From contig DAONDZ010000002.1 of the NCBI GenBank assembly GCA_035402825.1, positions 1,854 to 65,853 of the forward strand: DNA of 64,000 bases. Direction: 5' to 3'. This DNA comes from a bacterium. GTDB lineage: Bacteria; Patescibacteriota; Patescibacteriia; Patescibacteriales; UBA12465. Position 1 is the stretch's first letter. Each line of letters starts with the position of its first letter. Position numbers and translations under genes: made by a program. The notes below the pieces were generated by a model that worked only from the letters and a program-made list of their open reading frames with translations, was not told the origin of the DNA and made no database searches. Shown in pieces: positions 24,724-33,677 of this stretch.

Positions 24724-26349
24724 TTAGTAGCGACCGACGATAATCTCAGTAATTTCGTCTTTATTTAAATCTTCGCTTAATAGATCTAATTTACCGCTTT
24801 TCCCTAAATTTTCCACAGAGAAACTGGCTAAGAGCTTGGCTCTGAGGCTAAAAATCTTTAGTTTATCCTGTCCCCCAGCTGGCAAAGTAGCGATTTCCAG
24901 CTGGCCATCGCCATTATAATCCCCTAAAGACACCAAAACCGCGGCGGTTTTTAGTCGGGGATAAGGATTAAATGCCCCTACCAGCTTCTGATTATAATAT
25001 ATCCACACCCCCGGGCGGCTATAAGCTCCTGAGCCCTTTATCCCCACCCCATTGATTAAATTAGTTCTAGCCCCCTTTTGTACCTTGCTACTGACTAATT
25101 GAGTGGCCACGGTTTTCCCGGATAAATCATAGCCGCTATAAGTGCCACCTGAAAATAAAGACGATTGAAGAGAACGCACTCTTTCCAGGAGCCAACCGCT
25201 GCGGGCAGGCACGGAAATGCTTTTCGTTTTAGCTTTTTTCCCCACTAAGCGATATTCTGTTTCCAAATTAATAGTCGTTTCTTGAGCTTGAGGATTTAAA
25301 ATGGCTAGGCCATTTCTAAACTCCCGGCGATAATACTTGGCGCCGGTTTCATCAAATAATTCCTGAGCTGCGCCTAAGGGTTCGCCTAAATTAAAATCGT
25401 ATTCTTTAAACCACCAAGATTGACCGTGGTCGGAAATATTGCGGTCAAAGCTGAAATAAATGTTATCAAACAAAACCGAGCTGGAGAGTCCGTAAAGACG
25501 CCGAGAAAAATTGTCGCTCTCGTTGTTGGTTAGATTAAAAACATAAATTTGCGGAGACAAGTTAACCGCTTGAATTTTCTGATAGCTGGAAATATTATCT
25601 TCCCAGGTACCCCGTCCTTCATAAACGCTGGGAAAATCTTCAAACAAACGGCCGTTTAAATATTGGTGATACGGCAGATAGGAACTGCTGTTAGCCAATA
25701 AAATATATTTTGAGCCGACTCTATCACGAGTAGCTGACAAAATATTCTCCACACCTTCTTGCCAGGCTCTATTTAACTCCGCAGTTCCCTCCCGACGGCC
25801 ATCGCCGTTTATATCTACATCGCCGCCATTTAGCCAGGCAACATCTTCCCAGAGATTATCAAAAAAGATTCCATCCCAGAGACCGGAAGACAGAATTTCT
25901 TCGTCTATAAAGCGGGGCAAGTAATCATCAAAACCACTATTGGCCACGTTAATCATCCAGGTGTCCGGCCAAAAACTGATTTTTTTGCCGGCTTCATCGC
26001 GCAGATACCAAGAATCCGGCAGAGCAGCAAACATTTTTTGCCGCAGGGGGATATTATATAAGGCGGTATCGTTTCTAATTTCCTGGGAGCTGATATAGGC
26101 CAGAATAATGATATCGGGATGGAGCTCTTTAATCTTTTTCAATCTTTGCGGATTAACCGCCTGATTTTCCATGTCTAATATTAGAACGTCAAACTTAGCC
26201 AATCCCGCCACCTCAGCATCGGTTATTTGCCAACGCAAAAAAGCATTGGCGGTTTTAGGATTAGCCTGGCCAATGCTCGCGGCTGAAGCGAAACTAGCTC
26301 CGCCCAGAAGGCTTAGAGCTAAAAATAAAATTATGATTTTTTGGCGCAT
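24724..26349 (-). CDS. Secreted putative glycoside hydrolase (GHL15/GH114-like) with a short FG-GAP C-terminus; paralog of 11414-13432
   Basis: Signal peptide present. NPKTANAFLRWQITDAEVAGLAKFDVLILDME...HPDIIILAYIS...LWDGIFFDNLW aligns closely with the 678-aa protein. C-terminal motifs GDYNGDGQLE and EDLNKDEITE are present. Confidence 0.6.
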   Translation of the reverse strand: MRQKIIILFLALSLLGGASFASAASIGQANPKTANAFLRWQITDAEVAGLAKFDVLILDMENQAVNPQRLKKIKELHPDIIILAYISSQEIRNDTALYNIPLRQKMFAALPDSWYLRDEAGKKISFWPDTWMINVANSGFDDYLPRFIDEEILSSGLWDGIFFDNLWEDVAWLNGGDVDINGDGRREGTAELNRAWQEGVENILSATRDRVGSKYILLANSSSYLPYHQYLNGRLFEDFPSVYEGRGTWEDNISSYQKIQAVNLSPQIYVFNLTNNESDNFSRRLYGLSSSVLFDNIYFSFDRNISDHGQSWWFKEYDFNLGEPLGAAQELFDETGAKYYRREFRNGLAILNPQAQETTINLETEYRLVGKKAKTKSISVPARSGWLLERVRSLQSSLFSGGTYSGYDLSGKTVATQLVSSKVQKGARTNLINGVGIKGSGAYSRPGVWIYYNQKLVGAFNPYPRLKTAAVLVSLGDYNGDGQLEIATLPAGGQDKLKIFSLRAKLLASFSVENLGKSGKLDLLSEDLNKDEITEIIVGRY

Positions 26350-27560
26350 ACTTCTTTAAATATTTCCAAAAGTCCGCGGTAATGGTGTGGCAAAGTCAAA
26401 TCAAAAACTAATTGCTTGGCTTTCTGTCCCATGAAATCTAGTTTGATCTTATCCAGACTATCAATTTTAGCTGCCAAGTCAAGACTATCGCCGCGGGTGA
26501 ACAAGAATCCGGAAATACCCGGTTTAATCAATTCTCCTAATCCGCCGGTTTGAGAAGCGATAACTACTTTGCCTAGAGCCAAGGATTCCAACAAACTAAA
26601 AGGCATATTTTCCAGCCACAGAGACGGAATAACTATAGCTTTAGCTCGAGCAATTAAAGGCTTTAAATCCTTTTGACTTAAATTTCCCAAAAATTTCACC
26701 CGGCTAGATAATCCTAATTCTTCTGTCAGTTTCTTCAAATTAGCCTCCGCCGGCCCACTGCCAGCAATTCGCAAAGGTAAATCGGTTTTAGTGTGAACCA
26801 AGGAGCGAAGCAAGACATCGATTCCCTTTTCCGGAGATAAGCGGCCAAAATATAGCAGATAATTTTCGCCCAGCTCCGGCAGCTCTTTAGCGATGGGAGT
26901 GTCAATGAAATTGTAGAGTAGTTTAATTTTCTCCGCCGGGACGCCGAAAGAAACGCAGGTATCTTTCATGAATCGGCTGGGAGCGATATAGGCGGCAATA
27001 TTCTTTTCGTAGATCTGCCAAATTTTGTGGTGAAGATACATTTCGGTCATTACCAAAGAACTCATGGCTAGAGAGTTTTTAAAACAACAATGAGTCACCG
27101 CGTTATAGTACTTCCCGCCCCGACAGCGATAGCAGATTTCGTTATGAGTAAAAAGCTGATAGTTGGGGCAAATCAGTTTGTAGTCATGCAAATGCATCAC
27201 CACCGGAATATTATATTTCTTGGCCACATCCAAAATGGAAGGCGATATCTGATGATAGATATTATGAATATGAATAATTTCTGGTTGAAAATCTTTTACT
27301 AATTTTTCAAATTTTTGCTTAGCTTCCCGGCTATAAATTATCCGCCCCGGAGCTATCAATTTGTCGCGTAAGCCTCCCTCGTTAAAACTGATCCGGGAAA
27401 CAAAATATTTCTCTTGCGGGCTAGGCAAATTCTTGGGGTGCTGCATGGAAAAAACTGCCACCTGGTGACCTTGTTTTTTGAGGTATTCGGTAATGTCTAA
27501 AAAATATTTCTCCGCCCCGCCTCGTAAATAATGGAACTTATTAACCTCTAAGATGCGCAT
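26331..27560 (-). CDS. Glycosyltransferase family 4 (GT-B)
   Basis: N-terminal GGAEKY and C-terminal PSLWLENMPFSLLESLALGKVVIASQTGGLGELI (the EX7E region). Confidence 0.8.
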   Translation of the reverse strand: MRILEVNKFHYLRGGAEKYFLDITEYLKKQGHQVAVFSMQHPKNLPSPQEKYFVSRISFNEGGLRDKLIAPGRIIYSREAKQKFEKLVKDFQPEIIHIHNIYHQISPSILDVAKKYNIPVVMHLHDYKLICPNYQLFTHNEICYRCRGGKYYNAVTHCCFKNSLAMSSLVMTEMYLHHKIWQIYEKNIAAYIAPSRFMKDTCVSFGVPAEKIKLLYNFIDTPIAKELPELGENYLLYFGRLSPEKGIDVLLRSLVHTKTDLPLRIAGSGPAEANLKKLTEELGLSSRVKFLGNLSQKDLKPLIARAKAIVIPSLWLENMPFSLLESLALGKVVIASQTGGLGELIKPGISGFLFTRGDSLDLAAKIDSLDKIKLDFMGQKAKQLVFDLTLPHHYRGLLEIFKEVCAKKS

Positions 27561-27562
27561 AA

Positions 27563-28651
27563 TTAATGGATTAAATCATAATAGAGCAGCTCATATTCAG
27601 CCGCTACTTTCCTGATATCAAAACGCTCCCTAATGTCTGATTGTAATTTCTCACCTAGAGCTCTGAACTGCGGCGAATCAACCTGAGACAAGGCATACTC
27701 AATCTTCTCAGCCATATCGCCAATCTCTTGGGGGTCAAACAAAATACCGGTCTCTCCGTCTTTAATCACTTCCTTAATCCCATCCACGCGGGAAGCTAAA
27801 ACCGGCAAGCCCTTGAGACCGGCCTCCAAAAGCACTATCCCCAACCCTTCCCACAAAGACGGCAGAATGAAGAAATCCAATTGACTCAAAAATCCGCTAA
27901 CATCTTTTTGTAACCCGACTAATTTTATCTTCTCACCCAAATTAAAATCTTTAATTTGTTTTTCTAAAACCGGCCGCAGGTCGCCGCTACCGGCAATCAG
28001 GCACAAAAAATTGCGATCTTTAAATAAAGACAAAGCCTCAATTAAAGAACCGAAATTTTTCTGGGTAGCTAACCGGCCGATGCTGCCGAAAATAACCGCT
28101 TCGCCGGGCTGGCGGTGATAAGCCTCGCCTTGAAACTTAGAAAGCTCTAATCCGTTATAGATCACCCGCACTTTTTCCTCAGGAACTTGATAGCGCTTAA
28201 TTAAATCTTTTTTCACCGCTTCCGATATCGCCACGATATATTTAGCAAAATGTCCGGTCCAAGATTTCAAAAAATTATAGCTGCCGCCTTCTTGCAAATT
28301 AACATTCTGTTCGGTGGAAATTATCCCCTTCACTTTTAACATTCGCGCCGCCAAACGGCCATAGACATCGCCGCCTAATTGGGTGTGCACTATGTCCGGC
28401 CGCAATTTTTTCATTTTGAACAGTAGTGCTAAAAAATTAAAGGGATCTAGCCGCCATCTTTTTTTGAGAGCATAAACCGGAATTTCCAAAGCCAGGGCTT
28501 CTTCCCAGAAAAAACCGGCATGATCAAACAAGATAAGCGAAGGAGAAAACTTAGCTTTATCCAAATTTTTTATTAAATCCAAAATAAAGCGCTCGGCACC
28601 GCCAGCCTCTAAAGAAGGAATGACATAAGTAATTTTTATCTTCTCGGCCAT
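27563..28651 (-). CDS. Glycosyltransferase family 4 (GT-B)
   Basis: YVIPSLEAGGAERF and PSLWEGLGIVLLEAGLKGLPVLASRVDGIKEVI. The track start at 28666 is a GTG. The ATG at 28651 (MAEKIKITYVIPS) removes the overlap with the upstream gene. Confidence 0.8.
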   Translation of the reverse strand: MAEKIKITYVIPSLEAGGAERFILDLIKNLDKAKFSPSLILFDHAGFFWEEALALEIPVYALKKRWRLDPFNFLALLFKMKKLRPDIVHTQLGGDVYGRLAARMLKVKGIISTEQNVNLQEGGSYNFLKSWTGHFAKYIVAISEAVKKDLIKRYQVPEEKVRVIYNGLELSKFQGEAYHRQPGEAVIFGSIGRLATQKNFGSLIEALSLFKDRNFLCLIAGSGDLRPVLEKQIKDFNLGEKIKLVGLQKDVSGFLSQLDFFILPSLWEGLGIVLLEAGLKGLPVLASRVDGIKEVIKDGETGILFDPQEIGDMAEKIEYALSQVDSPQFRALGEKLQSDIRERFDIRKVAAEYELLYYDLIH

Positions 28652-28652
28652 A

Positions 28653-30032
28653 TTATTTTTTTTCACGGCGACGATATTTTTCTGTCACTAAGGCCACGGC
28701 CACTAAAGCGATGGCCACGGGCACCCAGAGCTTGCCTTTGTAATAGGAAGTATTAAAAAATTGATAAGCAATACCGCCCAAGGCTCCGACACCCAAAGGC
28801 AGTAATAGCTCTTTTTCGGCCTGATATTTCTTCAGCGGCAATATTAATTGAGAAAAGATAGACCAAAGAAAAAAGACAAAAGCCAAAACCCCCACTGCCC
28901 CCATTTCTGCCAAAACCTTTTGCCCCACGCCATGAGAATCCAAGGGATCGCCGTATTTAGCTCCGAAACGAACATTATCTTCCACCAAATTCACAAACAT
29001 GCCCGGACCATAACCAAAGACCGGATGAACGGTAAAAGCGGTATAAGCTATCTGAGTGAGTAACCAACGATTTTCCGTAGAGCTGGTGTTGCTTTCCTGT
29101 AATTGATCCATGCGCATAATAAAAGGAGTTAAGACCAAAAGACCAACCACAATCATCATAATAATCTGCTTAGAACTCCAAGCTCGGGCATGGATATAAA
29201 AATTATCCACCACAAAATACAAAGCTATTTCTAATCCCAAAACAATCCAAGCCGTTCGGGAGAAGGTGGCCACGGTCACTAGCAATAAGAAAATGAAAAG
29301 AATATCAAAGAATCTTCTGGTTCGCAGCGACTTATACCAATATTTCAAAGCCAAGACGAAGAAAGTGATAATCACCAAAAACTCCGCAATCAAATTATGA
29401 TTATAGCCCAATGGCCAGACTCCAAAGACGGCAATAGGCTGAACGCGGAAAAAAGCGTTATACCAATCCTGGTAATACAGCGAGGCTACGCCCATTAGCG
29501 CTATAGCCAAACCGGAAATAACCAGCATGATTATCGCTCGGCGCAAAATATCACCATTCTTGATAACGTTATAGGGAAAGAAAATATAGGCTAAATAGAA
29601 AAATAGCAACCAACGCAAGCTATACCAAAAAGAAAAAAGAATATAATCGCCCATTAAACTAGAAATCAGAGCGGCGGCCAAAAATAATAAAAACGGCAGA
29701 AGCAGCGGCCATTTAATTTGCGACCAGGGATTTTGTCCTCGAGCCCAGAAAAATAATTGCTGTAAAAAGAAGGCCAAGACCGCTAACACTCCTAGAGCTT
29801 CCGGTAGAGACAAGCTGAATCCCCCAGCCGTGAAGCTTAAATTGATTAGGGGCAAAGATAAAATTAAGACATATAAAGCTAGAATCGGTTGGATAGTAAA
29901 GACGCCTAAAATTAAGACTATTCCCCAAAAAATCAAAATCCAAGTTAAATACCAAGGCATTAATGCCAAAACCACTAAACTAGAAAAGAAAAAAATCGAA
30001 AAAAGCCCCAGCCACAATCGTTTGATCAGCAT
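28653..30032 (-). CDS. O-antigen ligase/Wzy-like polytopic membrane protein
   Basis: At least 10 predicted TM segments, a Wzy_C-like FSRTAWIVLGLEI region, and a large loop with YGPGMF. It sits in a locus of glycosyltransferases. Confidence 0.6.
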   Translation of the reverse strand: MLIKRLWLGLFSIFFFSSLVVLALMPWYLTWILIFWGIVLILGVFTIQPILALYVLILSLPLINLSFTAGGFSLSLPEALGVLAVLAFFLQQLFFWARGQNPWSQIKWPLLLPFLLFLAAALISSLMGDYILFSFWYSLRWLLFFYLAYIFFPYNVIKNGDILRRAIIMLVISGLAIALMGVASLYYQDWYNAFFRVQPIAVFGVWPLGYNHNLIAEFLVIITFFVLALKYWYKSLRTRRFFDILFIFLLLVTVATFSRTAWIVLGLEIALYFVVDNFYIHARAWSSKQIIMMIVVGLLVLTPFIMRMDQLQESNTSSTENRWLLTQIAYTAFTVHPVFGYGPGMFVNLVEDNVRFGAKYGDPLDSHGVGQKVLAEMGAVGVLAFVFFLWSIFSQLILPLKKYQAEKELLLPLGVGALGGIAYQFFNTSYYKGKLWVPVAIALVAVALVTEKYRRREKK

Positions 30033-30075
30033 AAGTTTAAAAAATAAATAACACTAATATTATAGCAAAAACCGG

Positions 30076-30113
30076 ATAAATAAAAAAGCCCGGCGCATGC
30101 ACCAAGCTTTTAT
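30076..30113 (-). terminator. Rho-independent terminator of the TPR gene
   Basis: Minus-strand RNA AAGCUUGGUGcaugCGCCGGGCUU followed by UUUUUAUUUAU. Confidence 0.55.
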
Positions 30114-30131
30114 TAAAGATGAGGTTTGACC

Positions 30132-30890
30132 TCACTTTAATTTCAATAATTTTTGGAGGATTTCTACCCCCTCCTTAGTCTTCCCTATTTGCACCAGGGA
30201 AATACCCAGAGTCTTCAGAAGAACCGGATCAGTTGCCTTGAGGTGATAGGCCGGCTTCAGAAAACTGACTACCTTGTCATATTTCCCCAGGTAATAATAG
30301 CTCATCCCAGCCGAAAAATAGATGTCGTAGCTGCGCTGAAAGCTGAGTAAGTTTTCAAAGCTAGTCGCCGCCTCGGCATACATCTCCAGTTGGTAGTAGC
30401 TCCTTCCCAGGTAATAGTAGCTCATAGTGTCCTGACGGAACTTTTGGGCGGCCAGCATGGCATCGACGACTTTCTGGGCGTTAAGAAACTGATCCAGCTT
30501 ATAATAGCAAACCCCCAGATGGAAGTTGTTGCTATAGCCCGGCTCAATTTTTACTGATTCCAAAAAACTATTGGCAGCATCAGTATAGCGACCGGAGTTA
30601 AATAAGCACATTCCTTTGAGCTCAGCCCCGGCGGCAGCTTGACCGCAGTTAATAGCTGAATCGGCAAAAACAGCAGCGGCACCATACTTTGCTTGGGCGA
30701 ACTTTTCTTTAGCCAAGCTGAGATATAATAATCCCATCTTAGCCTGATCGGCGCACCAGGATTTCTGATAATTTTCCTTCATGATTTTGATTTCGTTCTT
30801 CAACGAATCAACTTTGTTGGTCTTGCCCTTCTGAGCAAAAACGGCGGTGGAAACAACCGCCAAAACTAAAAACAGATACCATTTCTTCAT
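30132..30890 (-). CDS. Secreted TPR-repeat protein; monocistronic
   Basis: Signal peptide MKKWYLFLVLAVVSTAVFAQ and about 5-6 TPR-like units (e.g. YYYLGRSYYQLEMYAEAATSFENLL, GMSYYYLGKYDKVVSFLKPAY). Confidence 0.65.
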   Translation of the reverse strand: MKKWYLFLVLAVVSTAVFAQKGKTNKVDSLKNEIKIMKENYQKSWCADQAKMGLLYLSLAKEKFAQAKYGAAAVFADSAINCGQAAAGAELKGMCLFNSGRYTDAANSFLESVKIEPGYSNNFHLGVCYYKLDQFLNAQKVVDAMLAAQKFRQDTMSYYYLGRSYYQLEMYAEAATSFENLLSFQRSYDIYFSAGMSYYYLGKYDKVVSFLKPAYHLKATDPVLLKTLGISLVQIGKTKEGVEILQKLLKLK

Positions 30891-30980
30891 GATTCAAGGT
30901 ATTAAGGTTAAACATTTATTTTTAAAGGCCAAATAGTGCAATATATATAATTATCATTTATTTTGGTTGCTGTCAAGGCG

Positions 30981-31019
30981 AAAAATAACACAAAACCGCG
31001 GCTAAAATAAGCCGCGGTT
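30981..31019 (-). terminator. Rho-independent terminator of the DUF4012-like gene 31036-32967
   Basis: The minus strand reads AACCGCGGCttattttaGCCGCGGTTttgtgttattttt: 9-bp GC-rich stem plus a T-rich tail. Confidence 0.65.
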
Positions 31020-31035
31020 CTATATTTAAAGCAGT

Positions 31036-32967
31036 TTATTGTAATCCTACCTGTAAGCTCTGGTCAGCGGTTAAAGTCGATTCGGTTTCTAATTTTCCGC
31101 CACTGGAAACGTTAAGGGCGGCGCTCATTCCGGCGGCGCTATTAATCTCGGAAAGAAAATCCAAGCTCAAGTCTAAAGCCTTAGCTCGATTGCCCGCCTG
31201 TTTCTGAATTAGCAAATTATAATTCCCCTCTTTCACCTGGCTCCAAACTGAATCCGGTAATTTATATTCAAATTCCAAATAGCCTTCTTCGCCCGGTTCA
31301 ATGGACAAGAAAGAACCGAAATAAGTTTTAGCTTTAGTCTCATCATCAAAAGTATCATCCTTGACTTCTAAGCTGCCATCAACGTAACCGGCTGACTTAA
31401 TCAGTTTTGATCCTTGCGGCACATAGACTCTAGTGTAGCTGCGATAGCGGGTAGTCTTCCAATCAAATCCACCGCCATGGCGATAATCTATTCTGACTTT
31501 AGCATATAACCCATCATCCTTTTCGGACAAAGAATAGTCAATGGTTTTTTCCATAACTCGATCAGTCTTGAAGGCGGCCAAGTTGGCGTCCACCACCATT
31601 AGATAGTCATTGGGCGAAGCCTTCATTTCCCCGTTCCAACCTAAACTCTTGGCTATATTTTGGAGAGAGCGATCGTTGAAATAAACTAAAATGTTTTTTT
31701 GATAGATGTCGGAGTTCACCGTCTGCAGTAATTCGGCGTAACGGCTGGTGGGCAAATTAAACAAACGATCTTTGAGGACACTGAATATTTCGCCAATAAC
31801 TTTTTTTCTATCCCATTGCGATTCTCCGCGATCGCGATAAGCCATTTCCACTTCATATTGCAAGAGTTCTACAAAATTATCTTTAGTATATTCCTGGCCG
31901 CCCACAGTAATCGGACCGACTAGATATAATAAGTTGGTGACGAAAGTTGGAGTAATTGCTAAGACGCCATCAAAGTTAGGAGCGGGGTTAATCGTCGGAT
32001 CATTGCTATAAGGCGCCTCAGTTTTGTAAGCCCATTCAATCTGCTTGGCAGAAGTCGGCCAATCTGGAGACCAGTTGGAATCACGTAAATACCAATTGCT
32101 CACGCCTAAATATTTTTGAATCGGCCAAGGCGGCACCACTTTAAAATTAGGATTAATGGAGGCCGGCATATCTAAGTGATATGAATCATGGGTCTGAATA
32201 GTCACCACGCTGCCGTTTTTGACCTGCATCACTCCTAAGGTACCGATAAAGCCGCCGGTGGGACGCAATTCATCGCTATTTTGTAAAACTATTAAATAAT
32301 TGGAAGCTTGAGGGTAACCAGCTACTTGGGGCAAAATCTGGGAGAGGGTCAAAGCTTGGCTCAAAAGTTCCGAGCCTAAAATCAATTTATCCCGGACATC
32401 ATTAATCTGCCCTTTCAATACTCCTAAAAATCCTTGACCGGAAACTTGGCGCAAATCCATAGAAGCCAAATCAATGTCGGCTTTCAAGCCATTCAACTCC
32501 GGTCCGGATTCATAGAGCAAGCGCAAGATTTCTCTTTTTTTAGTTTCTGATAAATCATTAAAGCTCCGGCCTGGTTCATCAGCTATCGCGCCTTCTATTT
32601 TTTCAGCCACTAAGGAGCCGCGGGCAACGGAACGACTCAATACTTCAGCCGTCTTGAGTAGATATTCCCACTCCGCCAAAGTGTCCTGGGAATAATTAAA
32701 GCTCTGCCAGACTTTCTTAGCCCGCAAACTGCTTAAATATTCCGAACCGCTTTTAAAATTATTACTCGCCTTATCCGCCGATTCCGAAGCTGCGGCAAAA
32801 TCGCCGGATTGCAATTGAGCGGCCGCCGCTTCTAAATTGTTTTTCCCGGCCATCGCCGATTTATATAAATGCGGCGCGCCAAAAATCAAAGGCAAATTGA
32901 GAATCAAAACTATGCCAATGAATATCAACGCTGCTAACCCCAAATAACGTAAAATTTTTCCGATCAT
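31036..32967 (-). CDS. DUF4012-like membrane-anchored protein; paralog of 40014-42422
   Basis: N-terminal TM and a helical region, then conserved blocks: LRPTGGFIGTLGVMQVKNGSV, DWPTSAKQIEW, DGVLAITPTFVTNLL, YLMVVDANLAAFKTDRVM and RVYVPQGSKLI. Confidence 0.7.
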   Translation of the reverse strand: MIGKILRYLGLAALIFIGIVLILNLPLIFGAPHLYKSAMAGKNNLEAAAAQLQSGDFAAASESADKASNNFKSGSEYLSSLRAKKVWQSFNYSQDTLAEWEYLLKTAEVLSRSVARGSLVAEKIEGAIADEPGRSFNDLSETKKREILRLLYESGPELNGLKADIDLASMDLRQVSGQGFLGVLKGQINDVRDKLILGSELLSQALTLSQILPQVAGYPQASNYLIVLQNSDELRPTGGFIGTLGVMQVKNGSVVTIQTHDSYHLDMPASINPNFKVVPPWPIQKYLGVSNWYLRDSNWSPDWPTSAKQIEWAYKTEAPYSNDPTINPAPNFDGVLAITPTFVTNLLYLVGPITVGGQEYTKDNFVELLQYEVEMAYRDRGESQWDRKKVIGEIFSVLKDRLFNLPTSRYAELLQTVNSDIYQKNILVYFNDRSLQNIAKSLGWNGEMKASPNDYLMVVDANLAAFKTDRVMEKTIDYSLSEKDDGLYAKVRIDYRHGGGFDWKTTRYRSYTRVYVPQGSKLIKSAGYVDGSLEVKDDTFDDETKAKTYFGSFLSIEPGEEGYLEFEYKLPDSVWSQVKEGNYNLLIQKQAGNRAKALDLSLDFLSEINSAAGMSAALNVSSGGKLETESTLTADQSLQVGLQ

Positions 32968-32969
32968 AT

Positions 32970-33590
32970 TTAATTGGTTAAATTATTCTTTTGTCGAGCC
33001 GCCTTTTCCCAAATAGACTGCCCCAGTTCATTAAGTAGTAATATCTGCTGGGACTCCAAGATGCCATAAAGAAAAACATCCACTATCTCCTGACGATAGT
33101 TAAACTCGGTCTCGTCCATTAAAGTGAAATTAATCTCCTTGCCCAGCTCCTGTTCTAATTTTTTGATCAACTCCAAAAACTTCGGCCGCTTAACCTTGGC
33201 CACCACCAGCATGTCAGTTTGAGCCTGCGGATAGCCAGTAAAAGAACCGGTTAGTAGGACTAGCTTAGGCTGGCCCTCTTGTTTTAAAGCCTTAACAAAG
33301 TTTTCACTGGCCAAAATCTGAGCCTTGAGCAGTAAGCTCCTAATTTCCGGATACAATAAAAAAGCCTGATTGGCCTGATAGTATTTTTTGTCGGAAGTCT
33401 TGTTGCCCTCAGCCTTATCAGAAATCAAAAGACCTGATTCCTGCATCTTTTGCAATTCGCGGCGCACAGCATTAACCTGCAAGCGCAAATCCCGCGCCAA
33501 TTGACGCAAATAATAGCGTTCGGCGGGATTAAGCAGAAATTGCTTTAAAATCTTGACTCGGGCTTTAGAACCAAAAAAGTAGTCGAGCAT
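32970..33590 (-). CDS. Winged-helix (ArsR-like) transcriptional regulator with a C-terminal nucleotidyltransferase-like domain
   Basis: SKARVKILKQFLLNPAERYYLRQLARDLRLQVNAVRRELQKMQESGLL is a typical wHTH. The gene starts 2 nt upstream of the DUF4012-like gene. Confidence 0.6.
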   Translation of the reverse strand: MLDYFFGSKARVKILKQFLLNPAERYYLRQLARDLRLQVNAVRRELQKMQESGLLISDKAEGNKTSDKKYYQANQAFLLYPEIRSLLLKAQILASENFVKALKQEGQPKLVLLTGSFTGYPQAQTDMLVVAKVKRPKFLELIKKLEQELGKEINFTLMDETEFNYRQEIVDVFLYGILESQQILLLNELGQSIWEKAARQKNNLTN

Positions 33591-33677
33591 AAAAATGGGA
33601 TATTTCCCTATTTTTTATTTTTATAGTATAATATTATAATATAATCAACAAAAACACAAGTTAGACCCGGATACTTT

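Noticed and set aside
30046-30991. 9-nt direct repeat AAATAACAC flanking the TPR gene (30046-30054 and 30983-30991)
   Set aside because: The repeat is short and A-rich, and both copies lie in AT-rich spacers, one inside a terminator T/A-tract. It is plausibly chance.
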